DNA of 64,000 bases from Octopus bimaculoides. Taxonomy: Eukaryota. The DNA lies in NCBI RefSeq assembly GCF_001194135.2, contig NC_068988.1, positions 39,670,386 to 39,734,385 of the forward strand, given 5' to 3'. The translations under genes and the position numbers were made by a program. The notes under the pieces are model-generated. The model was not told the origin of the DNA and ran no database searches. It saw only the letters and a list, made by a program, of their open reading frames with translations. Each line of letters starts with the position of its first letter. The first letter of the stretch is position 1. Below are positions 40,597-54,251 of this stretch, piece by piece.

Positions 40597-41374
40597 NNNN
40601 NNNNNNNNNNNNNNNNNNNNNNNNNNNNNNNNNNNNNNNNNNNNNNNNNNNNNNNNNNNNNNNNNNNNNNNNNNNNNNNNNNNNNNNNNNNNNNNNNNNN
40701 NNNNNNNNNNNNNNNNNNNNNNNNNNNNNNNNNNNNNNNNNNNNNNNNNNNNNNNNNNNNNNNNNNNNNNNNNNNNNNNNNNNNNNNNNNNNNNNNNNNN
40801 NNNNNNNNNNNNNNNNNNNNNNNNNNNNNNNNNNNNNNNNNNNNNNNNNNNNNNNNNNNNNNNNNNTATATATATATATATATATGGAGAGTGAAATAGA
40901 GAGAGATAGAGAGAGAGAGAGAAAGAGAAATAAAGAGAGGGTAGGATAATTGATGTTCGGTGATCGGTTCTTTGTCGCCTACGAAGGAATGAAAGGCAAA
41001 ATTGACTTTCCCGAATTTCGAACTCAAAGTGTAAAGAACCAAAAGAAATACGAACAAAAATTATATTGACCTCGTATAGGTCCATGCGTTACTATTCTGG
41101 AAGATCTGCAGACATCGCTAACGTCCTATCACCCGAGAATAAAAGATAAGACAAAAACGTTCATACTGAGGTTTTGATCAAATAAGGTTTACAGAACAAA
41201 TCGTATACAGGCTACATCCCATAGGAATGTTCCAAAGACACGCAGAGGTAAGAACTTAATAAAAGCGGCACGCTCGAGTAACTTTGATTGTCTTCTACAC
41301 CTAAGCAAAATATATATTTTAGTGCCGCAAATCAAGACATGGGCGCAATATTACGTTGCTGCAATGCAAGACGG

Positions 41375-41500
41375 CTAGCTGAGGGAATCGTTAGCACGCC
41401 TGGAAAAAACATAGCGGCATTTGGTCTATCTTTACGTTCTGAGTTCAAATACCACCAAGGTTGAGTTGCCTTTGGTATGAATAGGAATAAGTACTAGTGA
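41375..41500 (+). mobile_element. SINE family A partial copy (an inverted partial copy lies at ~40955-41075)
   Basis: GAATCGTTAGCACGCC..TTACGTTCTGAGTTCAAATACC. Confidence 0.75.
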
Positions 41501-41880
41501 AACCAATATTACGTTTGCTATCATCCTTTCATACAGGAAATGAGGTAAAAGGGATTTGAACTTTTAATTGTCCCAAGTGAATAGAAAAGACTCCGGATGC
41601 GTATGAAATTAGAACATAAAGAATCAAAATTAATTAACGCGCGACAGTAATTTATTACATACGAAGTTCCTCAGGGCTGGGGATATAAATAAGGAAATCC
41701 ATGTTGCGGCATGGATTTGAATAAATCTTGGCTTTCATAAGACTTCTCTCTTTGTACATGTGCACACACACGCGCACGCACCCCACATACAGACACATGT
41801 ATATATCTAATGTGTGTATACAACAAATACATATATATGTCTGATTACATATGTACACATATGTATGTATATAAATGTAC

Positions 41881-41968
<88 letters not shown>

Positions 41969-42358
41969 ATATATATGTGCGTGTGTACATACACACATAT
42001 ATATACGTGTCTGTGTCCCTACGTGTGTGTGTGTGTGTGTGTGTGTGTGACCACGTGTGTGTATGTCTGTGTGCATGCTTATGTGTGAGCATATTTGCCA
42101 GTGTATGTATGTTTGTTTGTTTGTTTATGCGTGTGTGTGTGTGTGCGTGTACGTGTGTGAGTCTTGTGAATCTACCGTCCTGAGTACTCGCTGTTAGTTC
42201 CAGTTAAATATAACTTTTATAATGATATTTGTATGCTGCAATTTTTTGTGCTCCGATTATCAGCAAATGTTCAATTACTGCTTTACGACTTGCTTAAAGA
42301 AAATAACCTTATTTTAACACATATATACGCATACGTATACACGCTCAAGCACAAGCAT

Positions 42359-42408
<50 letters not shown>

Positions 42409-42787
42409 ACACTCATACACATTCACGAACGCACAAACGCGCACACACACACGCACACATATATGTAGTCACACTAGCAATTAACTAACATGCATATGAA
42501 TATATAGCCTTGCAGGTTCCGGCATTGAGAAAGTTTTAAGAAGGTTCATGGCTTCCCTAATTTGTTTTTTCAATTTCTCTTTTCATTCATTTCGATATGA
42601 TATTTGAGAAAAAAAATATTAATAAAACAAACTGAGGAAGTAATATCTGCAGCTTTTCGTTTATCTTTATTAATAAAATAAGAAAAAAATATATACTGGA
42701 ACCTCAGGGTATTTTATGAACACACACCCACACACGCACACACAGAAATGTTTATATAGAATTATATATATGCATATGTATGTATGC

Positions 42788-42831
<44 letters not shown>

Positions 42832-42832
42832 G

Positions 42833-42864
<32 letters not shown>

Positions 42865-43045
42865 TTATCAATCTTTATATATAAGGCTTCAGGCTATAAT
42901 TGACTCGGTTGGCCTTCGTTAATATTTCTGAGTTGATTTTGCATTAAAATGAATAGGAATTGAAAATCTTATTTTACACATAACTCTCTTTCTCTCTTTC
43001 TCTCTCTCTCCCTCTCTCTACGTATATACTTATATACATACACAC

Positions 43046-43091
<46 letters not shown>

Positions 43092-43193
43092 CTATATATA
43101 CATATACATGCATATATATATATATATATAATATACATGTGCGTGTATATATATACATATATACATACATGCGTATATATATTTATACATACA

Positions 43194-43232
<39 letters not shown>

Positions 43233-43785
43233 TACACCTACACACACTATACTACGCATACAAGCACATACACACACACACACACACAAACATACACACA
43301 CATACTATATTACATTATTATCTTTTTGTGTATCTGTTTAATTTGTAGTTATGCATACGAACGGAAATACACATATATACCTGTGTATATATTGAAATAT
43401 TTATGTGCGGTATATATACTTACATATAGTTCATAGCGCGATATATTTATACGCACTCATACAAATTTTACATGTGTATATATCTATATAATCTTGCATA
43501 TTCTATTCTGTTTCGGAGGCTATGTAATATATAGTTTAGTACATGCTGCCCAGAAATATACGTGCTTGAAAAGTTGAACAACGAAAGGGCTTACACTCGA
43601 AATACTCATACGAATAATTCTTGTCCATATGTTTGTGATAGTCTGTTAGGTTTTTAAAATTATATTTTGTAACAGTAAATAACATTAAAATAGCTTTCTT
43701 TGAATATTGTGAGTGTGTCAAGTATTTTTCGCACATGAACACAAACGCGCGCTTGCATACAAACACACACACGCGCGAACACACT

Positions 43786-43875
<90 letters not shown>

Positions 43876-43894
43876 CACACACACAAGGCTGCGA

Positions 43895-44870
43895 GGTAAG
43901 GAGCTTGCTTCGTAAACACGTGATTTGAAGCTTAGTCGAATTGAAGAAGACAGCCATGTATATATATTCCTGTGCGAATTAAACATTTCTTCAGAACCCA
44001 TCGATATTATAAACTCTTCAATTTCCACAATATCAACGTCACTGAAACTTGTTAGACTACATCACTTCCAAGTATTGCGCCTTATTGATGCTGACGCATG
44101 GCTACATAGTCTCCATTCAATACCGCGGTGTAACAGCTTAGATTTTACTAACTACTTACTTGGAGAATCCTGCGTCTGAAATGCTGTAGTTTATAGACTC
44201 ACTCAAACCATTCGACTGCATTACAAACACTACACAAGCGTGATAGCCACTAATTTAAAATTTAGGTGAGGAAGGTACATATACCACATGCAACCAATCA
44301 AGTGCATGGTTAATAGAAACACCATCTCGTTGTCCTCTTTCGTCGGGAGATTCCGTGGCCATCGTAAGGACTTCTCCAACATAAAAGTGGAGCAGCAGCC
44401 ACTGGCAGCTGATAATTCAGATATACCACCATTGGCCTCACCATCTCACAAACAAAGGCAGAGTTTTTAGTCCCTGCCATCCGTAGTATACAGCCCCCAC
44501 GGTATGGCCCCGCACCTGTTGAACATCTAGCCTCAGTTATAACCCAACACCATCAAATGACAATCCTTCCTCGTAAAGACTCTTACCTTCGGTACTTTAA
44601 TATTCCGGTGAAAGACAAAGACGACTTAGCAACTAACCTGTTCCATCTTCTCGTTCTACTACTTGCGATATCCAGTGCATAGAACGGATGTCACTGAAAA
44701 CACTATTCGCTAACTTACCACAAAAATGACACCAGCATTCTGTCAATATCCTCTCCAAACACGTAAGCCTAACAATAAATAAAATTGATGATGTTGCTTT
44801 CATTGCAGTAACACCACATGACCTAATGTGACCAAAAGAGCTCTTACATATAAAAGCCATCATTAATTTG
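43895..44870 (-). mobile_element. Highly decayed LINE (RTE-like) fragment
   Basis: Weak motifs LSFKSRVYEA, EIEEFIISMG and LHFYVGEVLTMATES resemble RTE RT and post-RT segments; many stops. Confidence 0.35.
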
Positions 44871-45029
44871 TCTCACATCTCTCATTCTTTTAATATCTGA
44901 TATTACATCATCGGTAGAATGAACAGCTGCCTACACGCTAATTTAATAATCAGATAGTTTTCTTGAAACAACTGAATATTCAACACCGAAACGTTATGAA
45001 TTCATTTTTACTTTATGTATCTCTCTCCC

Positions 45030-45082
<53 letters not shown>

Positions 45083-45365
45083 NNNNNNNNNNNNNNNNNN
45101 NNNNNNNNNNNNNNNNNNNNNNNNNNNNNNNNNNNNNNNNNNNNNNNNNNNNNNNNNNNNNNNNNNNNNNNNNNNNNNNNNNNNNNNNNNNNNNNNNNNN
45201 NNNNNNNNNNNNNNNNNNNNNNNNNNNNNNNNNNNNNNNNNNNNNNNNNNNNNNNNNNNNNNNNNNNNNNNNNNNNNNNNNNNNNNNNNNNNNNNNNNNN
45301 NNNNNNNNNNNNNNNNNNNNNNNNNNNNNNNNNNNNNNNNNNNNNNNNNNNNNNNNNNNNNNNNN

Positions 45366-45442
<77 letters not shown>

Positions 45443-45777
45443 TACACACCAGCAGCAACTCCAAAATATTTGAGGATTGTGAAAAACCTCGTTCTCTAAT
45501 TCCCTTGTATGACTATATCTATTAAAGAACTAACTTAAAAGCTGCACTCCGTGCGGACTCTTGAGCTCGCTCCTGCGGAGGGCTAATTGGACTTGTGGCC
45601 CAAAACTAAAGTGAGCTAAATAGCATGACTGTTATACGCCTATAATGACTATATGCCCCGGTGGTGTTTGATCAGAGTTTAATGACGGGTGAGAATTAAT
45701 TCTGTTATGCAATCATTCTTTTGTTCCAGTTCCAAGTTGAATTCCGACTACTGGCCAATTTGTCCCAAAGTTCTTAC

Positions 45778-45836
45778 CTCGACGTAAAATTAACGAAGCG
45801 AATGTCATTTATCTCCCCCTTGATCTCTGACTTCAT
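45778..45836 (-). CDS. Candidate exon
   Basis: TTGACGTTTGTCAG|ATG..GAG|GTAAGA; reads MKSEIKGEINDIRFVNFTS. Confidence 0.3.
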
Positions 45837-46461
45837 CTGACAAACGTCAACCAAGTTGGCGTGAATCAGCCAAGCTCTACCTGCTAGAAATAGCAACCCA
45901 AATTCTTTTAAATAAAATCCCAATGCTGTATGTTTAAGAACCAAAACAAAAGCAGATTTTCAATCCCCAAATCTTCCTGACTCCAATAACATATACGTCT
46001 ATGTAGAGCAAATGTAGACTTAGATACAGGAGTCCCGGTTAGACAGAATTCAGCGTTTATTAGTATTGAAGATTTTAATATGGTATCCTTTTTTTCTCAT
46101 CTTGTGAAGATATTACTCTTCGTTGTAAATAATATATACGTTTATCCATGTATGCATATGTGACTGCTATATGTAGCAAGCAACTCTGTACAAACTGATG
46201 TGTGGTCGGTTTGTCGGTACCTAAACTGGCAACCCTATCAACCTTGCGTAATAGAGAAAGTGGCTGTTGTTGAACTCCTTACAAGACGAAAACAAAACAC
46301 GTCAAAAGGCGGATGAACTCAATTGAGCCAACAGCCCGTAATTAGCTGGAGGAGACATCTTGTTCATAGAAGGAAGACTCTGATGCAACGTCTGCGAATT
46401 CGTTTGTATCCGGTGGTGCAGACTGCTTCTTCCCTTCACGCCAATGCATACCTTGTTGAGA

Positions 46462-46552
<91 letters not shown>

Positions 46553-46682
46553 GAATGTAAAGAGAAATAGAGAGTGAGTGACCGAGAGAGACTAGCCCTA
46601 TGCAAGACCTTTCCTCACTTTAAAGATCTTCAAGCACAAGCATCGCCTGATATTTAACAATTTAACACCTATATTAATATCT

Positions 46683-46848
46683 AGGCGCAGGCGTGGCTTT
46701 GTATTAAGAAGTTTGCTTCCCAAACACATAGCTCTGGGTTCATTACCACTACGTGGCAAACCGCGCTAATGTCTTCTATAGCCTCGGGTTGACCCAATGT
46801 CTTATGAGTGGATTTGGTAGACGGAAACTAAGAGAAGACCGTCGTATT
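46683..46848 (+). mobile_element. SINE family B head
   Basis: GGCGCAGGCGTGGCT..TATAGCCTCGGGTTGACC..GGATTTGGTAGACGGAAACT. Confidence 0.85.
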
Positions 46849-47164
46849 CACACAGACACAGACACACACACACAAACGCACAGACACACACACGCATATA
46901 TATATGTATATGTATCTATGTGTGTGTGTCTTCAATGAAAGTTTCCATGATAGAATGAAACTAGGCGTCAGCGTTGCCGGAGAGAAAACTCACATTTGTG
47001 CTGCTAATGTTTCAGGGACTAATCAAACGATGACATTTCACGAAATTGACCTTATGTTATTTGTGTATGTGTGTGTGTGTGTATATATGTATGTATTCAA
47101 GTATGTATTCGTGTATGTATACATATATGTGTGTATATACGTGTGCATACGAATATAAATGTAC

Positions 47165-47430
47165 ATGTATCTCTCTCTCTCTATCTCTCTTTCTCTATCT
47201 CTCTCTCTCTATCTATCTCTCTATATCTCTCTCTATATCTCTCTCTCTCTATCTGTCTCTCTCTATGACTCTCTCTCTGTCTGTCTCTCTCTGTGTCTGT
47301 CTCTCTGTCTGTCTGTCTTTCTCTCTGTCTGTCTCTCTCTCTGTCTGTCTCTCTCTCTGTGTCTCTGTCTGTCTGTCTGTCTGTCTCTCACTGTCTGTCG
47401 GTCTGTCTCTCTCTCTATATATATAAATAT

Positions 47431-47470
<40 letters not shown>
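47165..47470. repeat. Compound (CT)n/(CTGT)n/(CA)n tract
   Basis: Direct inspection. Confidence 0.95.
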
Positions 47471-47475
<5 letters not shown>

Positions 47476-47787
47476 CATGCACGCACATTTATATATATGC
47501 ACATATCCCAAATTCCATATATATATGTGTGTGTGTATACCTTACATGAACACATAAAAGTGACTTTAGGCTGTATGATTCGATGTTATTCAAGCTTTTT
47601 GAATTGCATTTGAAACTTGGCTTCTAAACGCATACTTTTTGAAATTTGAAAGTTATCTTCCTTCCGGTGTTTGCACATATTTATCCAATTAGTCTTTTAT
47701 ATATATATACAAGCAGATAAGTCCGGTTTCAACCGGTCTGTTTGTATGATGTGGCTGTGATCGTTTTCGATTAGGCATAATCTATAA

Positions 47788-47960
47788 CAGCGTTTCTCAA
47801 CCTTATCCTTTCAGGTCCCCGGTTTCGATTGGAGCCTCCAGCTGTAAGAAAATTTCCTGATCCCCCCCCACTTGTCAGAAAACAGCTTTAGGAGTTGTGA
47901 AGAACGAATTTGTACGTAGTCTGTTTCTGAGAGCTATTCTATTGGACGTTTGTATAATCA
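47788..47960. mobile_element. Possible hAT/Charlie-like end
   Basis: CAGCGTTTCTCAACCTT resembles Charlie-type TIRs; no partner TIR found. Confidence 0.3.
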
Positions 47961-48138
47961 TTAAAACATTGATTTACTTATGAAGATAGAAATAAATTAT
48001 AAGTTAATCCCTATATTTTGTATCCGTAAAAATTTTATTTGCAGAGAGCAGAAATTGAAAGACGATATATATATATATATATANNNNNNNNNNNNNNNNN
48101 NNNNNNNNNNNNNNNNNNNNNNNNNNNNNNNNNNNNNN

Positions 48139-48171
<33 letters not shown>

Positions 48172-48944
48172 TGTGTGTATATGTATGTGTGTGTGGGTGT
48201 GTATGTGTTTGCGTGTGTGCGTGCGTGCTTGCGCTTGTGTATGTGTGAGAGAGAGAGAGGGTGAGAAAGAGAGATAGAGTGAGTGAAGGTGTGTGTCGGG
48301 ATGATGGACGTCTTTTAAGGTACATACACATACATAGAAAATGTGAAGTCATGGTATAACATTTTTACGATAGTTGATTTATGGAAAAGATTATGTAAAT
48401 TTTTTTAAATGCAAATATGTGAATGAAAATTAAGTTCAGACATCTACATGGTAGCTAGACCTGGTAGAAATAGCAGCCAAATCTCCCTCAAAACACCCTA
48501 CTATCTTAATCCGACAATTCTGCCTATTATGCAGTTTGAATGAGAAACAGTAACTAAAGATTAAGATTATTAACTCCACAAAGAGGTGAAAGAAGAGAGA
48601 CAGCTAAAGTTTCGGCTGAATGTCATCCTGTACTCCCCTTGTTGCTAGCGAAATGGTATATGCCGGCTGTGTGAGCAACTGGTTGTTTTAATGGCGGAAC
48701 AAACAGGGAAATTCCATTAGAAAAGGTTTAATCAATTTTTTCGGTAACTATGGGGCTAGGAAAAAATACAAACCGCAGCACCATTTATGCACCCGTCTCC
48801 ACCTGTGTACTATTTTTCACACGAATCCACCCAGCTGTGAACCTCAAGACAAGAAAGAATACAATGATCGTCCAAGTCCAATTTATATAATATATATGCA
48901 TAACAGTTGATATAACTATAAAAAATTCTACTTATTGCTATACC

Positions 48945-48976
<32 letters not shown>

Positions 48977-49050
48977 TGTATGTATGTATGTATTTATGTA
49001 TGTATGTATGTATGTATGTATGCATGTATGTATGTATGTATGTATGTATG

Positions 49051-49089
<39 letters not shown>

Positions 49090-49784
49090 TTATCTATCTA
49101 TCTACACTCTCCCTTTCTTTCTCTCTGCATATGCAGGACTGTGTTTGTGTGTGTGCGTGTGTTTATGTGTGTGTATCTGCCTGTCTGAGTACGCCAGTCT
49201 GTGTGTGTGCGTGTACGTATGCATTTATCTATGTATTCTAAAATATACTACAGAATATATCTATAGTATGCAAACATAGATTTTAGGTGATCAAATGACT
49301 TGGAAATTCATTGACAACTATTATTTTATACGATCTTGTGGGTAGAGAAAGAAAATGATCATTTTCCATGATGTCAATATCATAGTCTCCAATATTTACC
49401 ATATTTTAGAACAGAACGGACACAAGTGACTAAACAACAATAACCCGAATTACAACAGCAACAACAACAATAATAGTGACTGCTCCGTTTTGAAATTTCA
49501 TTCAGGTTGTATATGTTTATCATTTTGCTTATATGTTTCGGAACGTTGCCAAAATGGAAATGAAGAAATGAACGAAAGGAGTTTTGAAAGATTAGAATAA
49601 AATGTCAACAGTTATTAGCCATACATCTGTGGTTTCTTCACTCTCTTGACTTTACGTCCAGAGTCATTTATTTTATTGAAGACTCAGGGGTGGATGGTGG
49701 AATACCATAAACAGGAATAAATATCAAACATTATCTTTTGGACAAAATTAGTAGAGGGTCGAACAAAATTCCTAAAGTTTTTTT

Positions 49785-49925
49785 TAGGTTTACAAGACTC
49801 AGAGACACTTAAATTTCTCTACTTGTCTCAGTGATGCTCCGTTGACGTATAAAGTGCACTCCGAAGATTTCTCCTTCACAAAACTAATTCTCACCAGTGC
49901 CTTGTAGCACTCTGCAACATAGATT
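49785..49925 (-). mobile_element. Short RTE LINE fragment related to 53.3 kb
   Basis: GACACTTAAATTTCTCTACTTGTCTCAGTGATGCTCC matches 53330-53368; reads CTLYVNGASLRQVEKFKCL. Confidence 0.7.
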
Positions 49926-50553
49926 CTTTTTTAAAAAACATATATTGAGTTTTAAAAACATGTATTCGAAATAATTAATGAAAGTAAGAAGGAGGTAGTA
50001 TAAGATCAGACATTGGAATTCTGTGAGTAAGCGAAAGAACAAGGTAGTAGTCACTCAATTAGATATAGAAGCCAACTCTCATCCAGATCTCACTATTCTT
50101 TCTTGACAGGAGTATATAAGTTCAAATTTGACTGAGGTACAACTTACATGATGCTGTTCAAGATGCTCATAAAAATAAGTACTTGTCAAACACTATGTCT
50201 GAACAGTTGACTTCTTCGTATGTAATAAATCGCGATTTAATCTTCCCCAATACCTTCTGTTTTTTAATATTTTTCACGTACAGATATTGGATATCACGGA
50301 AGTCGAGTTTGCATTTAATCATTTGTAGTTCAATGTTGTAAATAATAAGTCAAATAGAGAGATCTATTTAACTGATTGTTCCCCACTCGAATACATGGGG
50401 CCTTGCGTCATTGCTACTGATCGGTATTTAATCTTATCTGTCTAATTCATTAGGTTAAATCTTACCAAATAGGGATTTACTTTTCAAGCGTTTGGATCAA
50501 CAGAACAGGTACCAGATCAATAAATCAATAAATGTGATGGTCGTTGCATAGCA

Positions 50554-50590
<37 letters not shown>

Positions 50591-50793
50591 AAGCGATGCG
50601 TCCTGCCCAAGCTCTTCAAAACGCCGGTGTTAAAACGTGGGTGGCTGATGAAGGAGATGTTCTCTATGTGGCTCGTGTGTTCTCGTCTACGTTTGTTTGC
50701 AATGTCCTGTACCCAGATATGCACCTATACATACAGGTGGATGTCGGTATGCACATACCTGTACGTATATATGCATATACTCATTTACTATTT

Positions 50794-50830
<37 letters not shown>

Positions 50831-51341
50831 TATTTTGAATTTTCTGTAAAGTTTGCTCTCTAAATTGTGTTGCTTAGTTTAAACTACTTTTCCAAAATCC
50901 TTTTCGGGACCCGAAAATAACATAACTTCGTTCATATATCTATGATGACAAAACTACTTTACACACACACACACAAAGAAAAGAGAAAAATCATAAATTA
51001 TATCTCAAGAAAGATAAATAATGTATTTTGGGAAAATAACTCACGACCAAAGTAACGCCAATGACCCATGTATGTGCTGTTTGTATTTTATCTCTGCTGT
51101 TTCTAGAATACTGACTTCTATTCTTCTGAACTACTGAATTGGGTTCTACTTTCCTCGAAACAGGCATGTGACACGCACTTCATCTTCCTTCATAATCCTA
51201 TTCTCCTTCGACCCTAAATTTCAGTCTAATCCGTTTTCTCAATGATTGTTATATAAATTTACAAGAAACCTTTTATTGAAACCCTCTGGAACTCTGACTC
51301 ATGTTTTACCCTATAGACAAGCGCCAATGTACAGAAGACCA

Positions 51342-51394
51342 TTCTAGACATCAACTGGTTAAGCCCTTAAGGCTTAACCAGTTGAAGTCTGGAA
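51342..51394. other. Long near-perfect inverted repeat / hairpin
   Basis: TTCTAGAC-A-TCAACTGGTTAAGCC [CTTAA] GGCTTAACCAGTTGA-A-GTCTGGAA: 15-bp perfect inner stem, 24-bp arms with one mismatch and one G-U pair. Confidence 0.9.
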
Positions 51395-52082
51395 GTGAAT
51401 AAACATTGATTCTACGCATTCGACTCGGCAATAATAGAAATGACATTTATATTTAACGGCTCAAACCACTTAAGCTTACTTAGAGACCACAAGATAGCTT
51501 GATTTACTTTTCAGAGAGAGATTGTTTTATTGTTCTGACATCACGCATTGTCGTAAACAGAAATGTTTCTACATATAGCAATAACAATATCTGAATTCAA
51601 GGTGGTGTAAAGCTGCAGATTATTGTTTGAGACCAGCAGAACAATACCAGAAGCTAATTGAATGAAAAAAAAACAAACGCGCACACAAAAACTCACATAC
51701 ACACATACTCATGTGTGTACTTATACACTTATACATAAACATTCTATCTAACAGACTACAGTTTTTTCCACATAGATATTTTATCGATTCTGGGGGGATG
51801 AAATACAAGGACAATCTCACGGTAAGTAAGGGGTGTAACCAAATATGGCAAGACATTTTGTTTGTCATATTACTATTTCTGTAAATGACGCGGTCCTCTA
51901 TACGGTTTAAAATATCAACATATTCTAAAGAAATATTGGCCTATCGCACATTATAGTTGTCCCTCGCAACGTTGAAGCACTGCAAATCATATGATACCGT
52001 ATTACGTCTAGACGATAAAGAAATAGAATATAAAATATTTCTTTCATATATATAAGTGTATGTATGAATGTATGTATGTATG

Positions 52083-52131
<49 letters not shown>

Positions 52132-52789
52132 GCCATAGATCTGACGAAAGGATAGCAGCAAAGAATATTCTAAACAACAGACTGTATCTGATGTGTAACT
52201 TGAATTTTTCTGAAGAGTAAACCGCAAAAATGTGTTGTAATTTTTAAAATGCGAACGGTATCACTCTTTTAATTTTGTTAATGGACGCTGGTAGACCAAA
52301 AGAATTGATTCTGAAACAGTTTCTTCTTTATTCCGTTATTCTAATCTGAGTTGGCATTAGTGGGAGGATGGGAAGCAAATTTAACGCCCACGGAAATATA
52401 ATGCACTAAACAGAAAGTTGAATATTATTGTACAGATGCTCTCAAATTCGACTAGTGCTACTTTAAGCATTAGACGTTTACTGGTTTGAAGATTTAACAA
52501 TTTAATGTTACAAGAGTGAAAACGGACGAAACCAAGAGAAAGAGAAGAGAGGGAGAAAGCAGACAGAGTAGAAGGGTAGGGAAAAAGAAAAAGAACAAAG
52601 GAGATAGAGACAGAAAAAAAATTAATATAGAAAGTGTTTGAGAGAGCGAAACAGAAAGAGGTTAAGAGGAAAAGTCATGAAAATCTGATGAGTTTGTTAG
52701 ATAAAATAGAGTGCAAGTAATTAATTTACAATCTCTCTCTCCCTATCTCTCTTTTCTCTCTCTCTCTCTCTCTCTCTCTGTTTCTTTAT

Positions 52790-53390
52790 CAGTCCATTCA
52801 TCTTCTCGGCCTCCTACTTCTGGGAGGGTCATAGGGATAAAGCCCTGATGGACCTTCTCCATAGGGTCCTGTCAGAACCAACCATCATTATGCATACTTT
52901 CCAACTGAATTAGCAAATATGACTAATCACCTTAATCTTGGTCTACCTCCACGTTAACTGCGATTCTTTTCAGTGTCGTTTGAGATACGTTCCCGTAGTA
53001 CTGAAGAAGCAACATTGCAATGCAGAGGCGTATCAGCTCGACCTGAGAATCTCCGAAATATTCATCCTGAAGTGTTACGTTATTCTAGAGATCCTTCGGA
53101 GGAATGCTATTTTCGCCGTTTATATTCGACATCATACACTGTCGGTCATTAACCAACGTTTATAAATATAGATGAGGACAAACATGCAGACTGATTTGAA
53201 GACAGCGAGTTTGTCTTTCTTACCAGCCTCTTCTCTTCTGAGGAGTGAATGCTGGAGCCAGTGACTTACTGCAATTTGAGCACCCAATTCAGAGTCCTGC
53301 TTCCCGTCAATTGTGATTACAAATCCGTGACACTTAAATTTCTCCACTTGTCTCAGTTATGCTCCACTGACATGTAAAGTCAGAAATCAT
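52790..53390 (-). mobile_element. RTE-clade LINE 3' fragment
   Basis: LRQVEKFKCHGFVITIDGKQDSEL..KKDKLAVFKSVCMFVLIY..WLMTDSV..IAFLRRI resembles the RTE post-RT region VEKFKYLG..KLSIFK..ESWVMT..FLRRI. Confidence 0.75.
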
Positions 53391-53744
53391 CAGGAGGAAT
53401 GACAAGAAGACAGCTGCTAATATTGCTTGAAACGCACACATAATAACTGTACATCTCTTTCGTATATTTTACTGTAGAATTTCATATTTTGTATCATCCT
53501 TAATATAAAGTATCCATTAAAACTAGGTATTGGCTATATGATGATTCTAAAGTTGTTATTGATGCAATTGATGTTCTTATTACTATGTTGCCAGTATTGT
53601 AGCTGATGTGATAATTCAGTAAAACAGTATCCGCTGTCAGTAATATGTAAAGAAGGACAGCAAAATCTCGACTACAGCAACACCTGTTTATATCGGATTC
53701 ATGATGGTTATCATCTTGGTGATATATATAATTATATATCCACC

Positions 53745-53789
53745 GCATTGGTGGATATATAATTTCTTTCTTCGTGAATTCACAGATAA

Positions 53790-53844
<55 letters not shown>

Positions 53845-53900
53845 TTATTTAGATTTGACGGATATTTGTCCTCATCTTGTTTGTTGCTAACACAAGGATG
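53745..53900 (-). repeat. Second, truncated copy of the 55.3-kb repeat
   Basis: Near-identical to 55250-55375 on both sides of the (TA)n tract; it ends before the HHR-like part. Confidence 0.75.
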
Positions 53901-54164
53901 AAAATCCAAAATAGACAGCGAACAGCTTTGGTTTAATACCTATTTACTTATTACTGTTGGGTCTAGAGGTTTGGCAATCAGTTGTGTACTTGGTAGTGTG
54001 TAAATGAGCAAACCAAAAGTAGATAGATAAGAAGAAAAGAACATAAACAGGCACACAGAAAACAGAAAGGAAAGATATAAACTAACGGATTGTGAAGCGA
54101 AAAGTAATAGGGATGCATAAGTAGATAAACGCAAATTAAGTACTATCATAAGAAAATCTACTCA

Positions 54165-54251
<87 letters not shown>

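Noticed and set aside
50585-50745. GGCTGATGAAGGAGATGTTCTC, resembling a PLE terminal repeat
   Set aside because: A stem II is possible but GAAA and the cleavage triplet are absent, so it is not called as a ribozyme.
51777-51826. Plus-strand mini-exon with strong splice sites (IFYRFWGDEIQGQSH)
   Set aside because: The sequence aligns by eye to inverted SINE family A (TTTTATCGA..GGATGAAA..).
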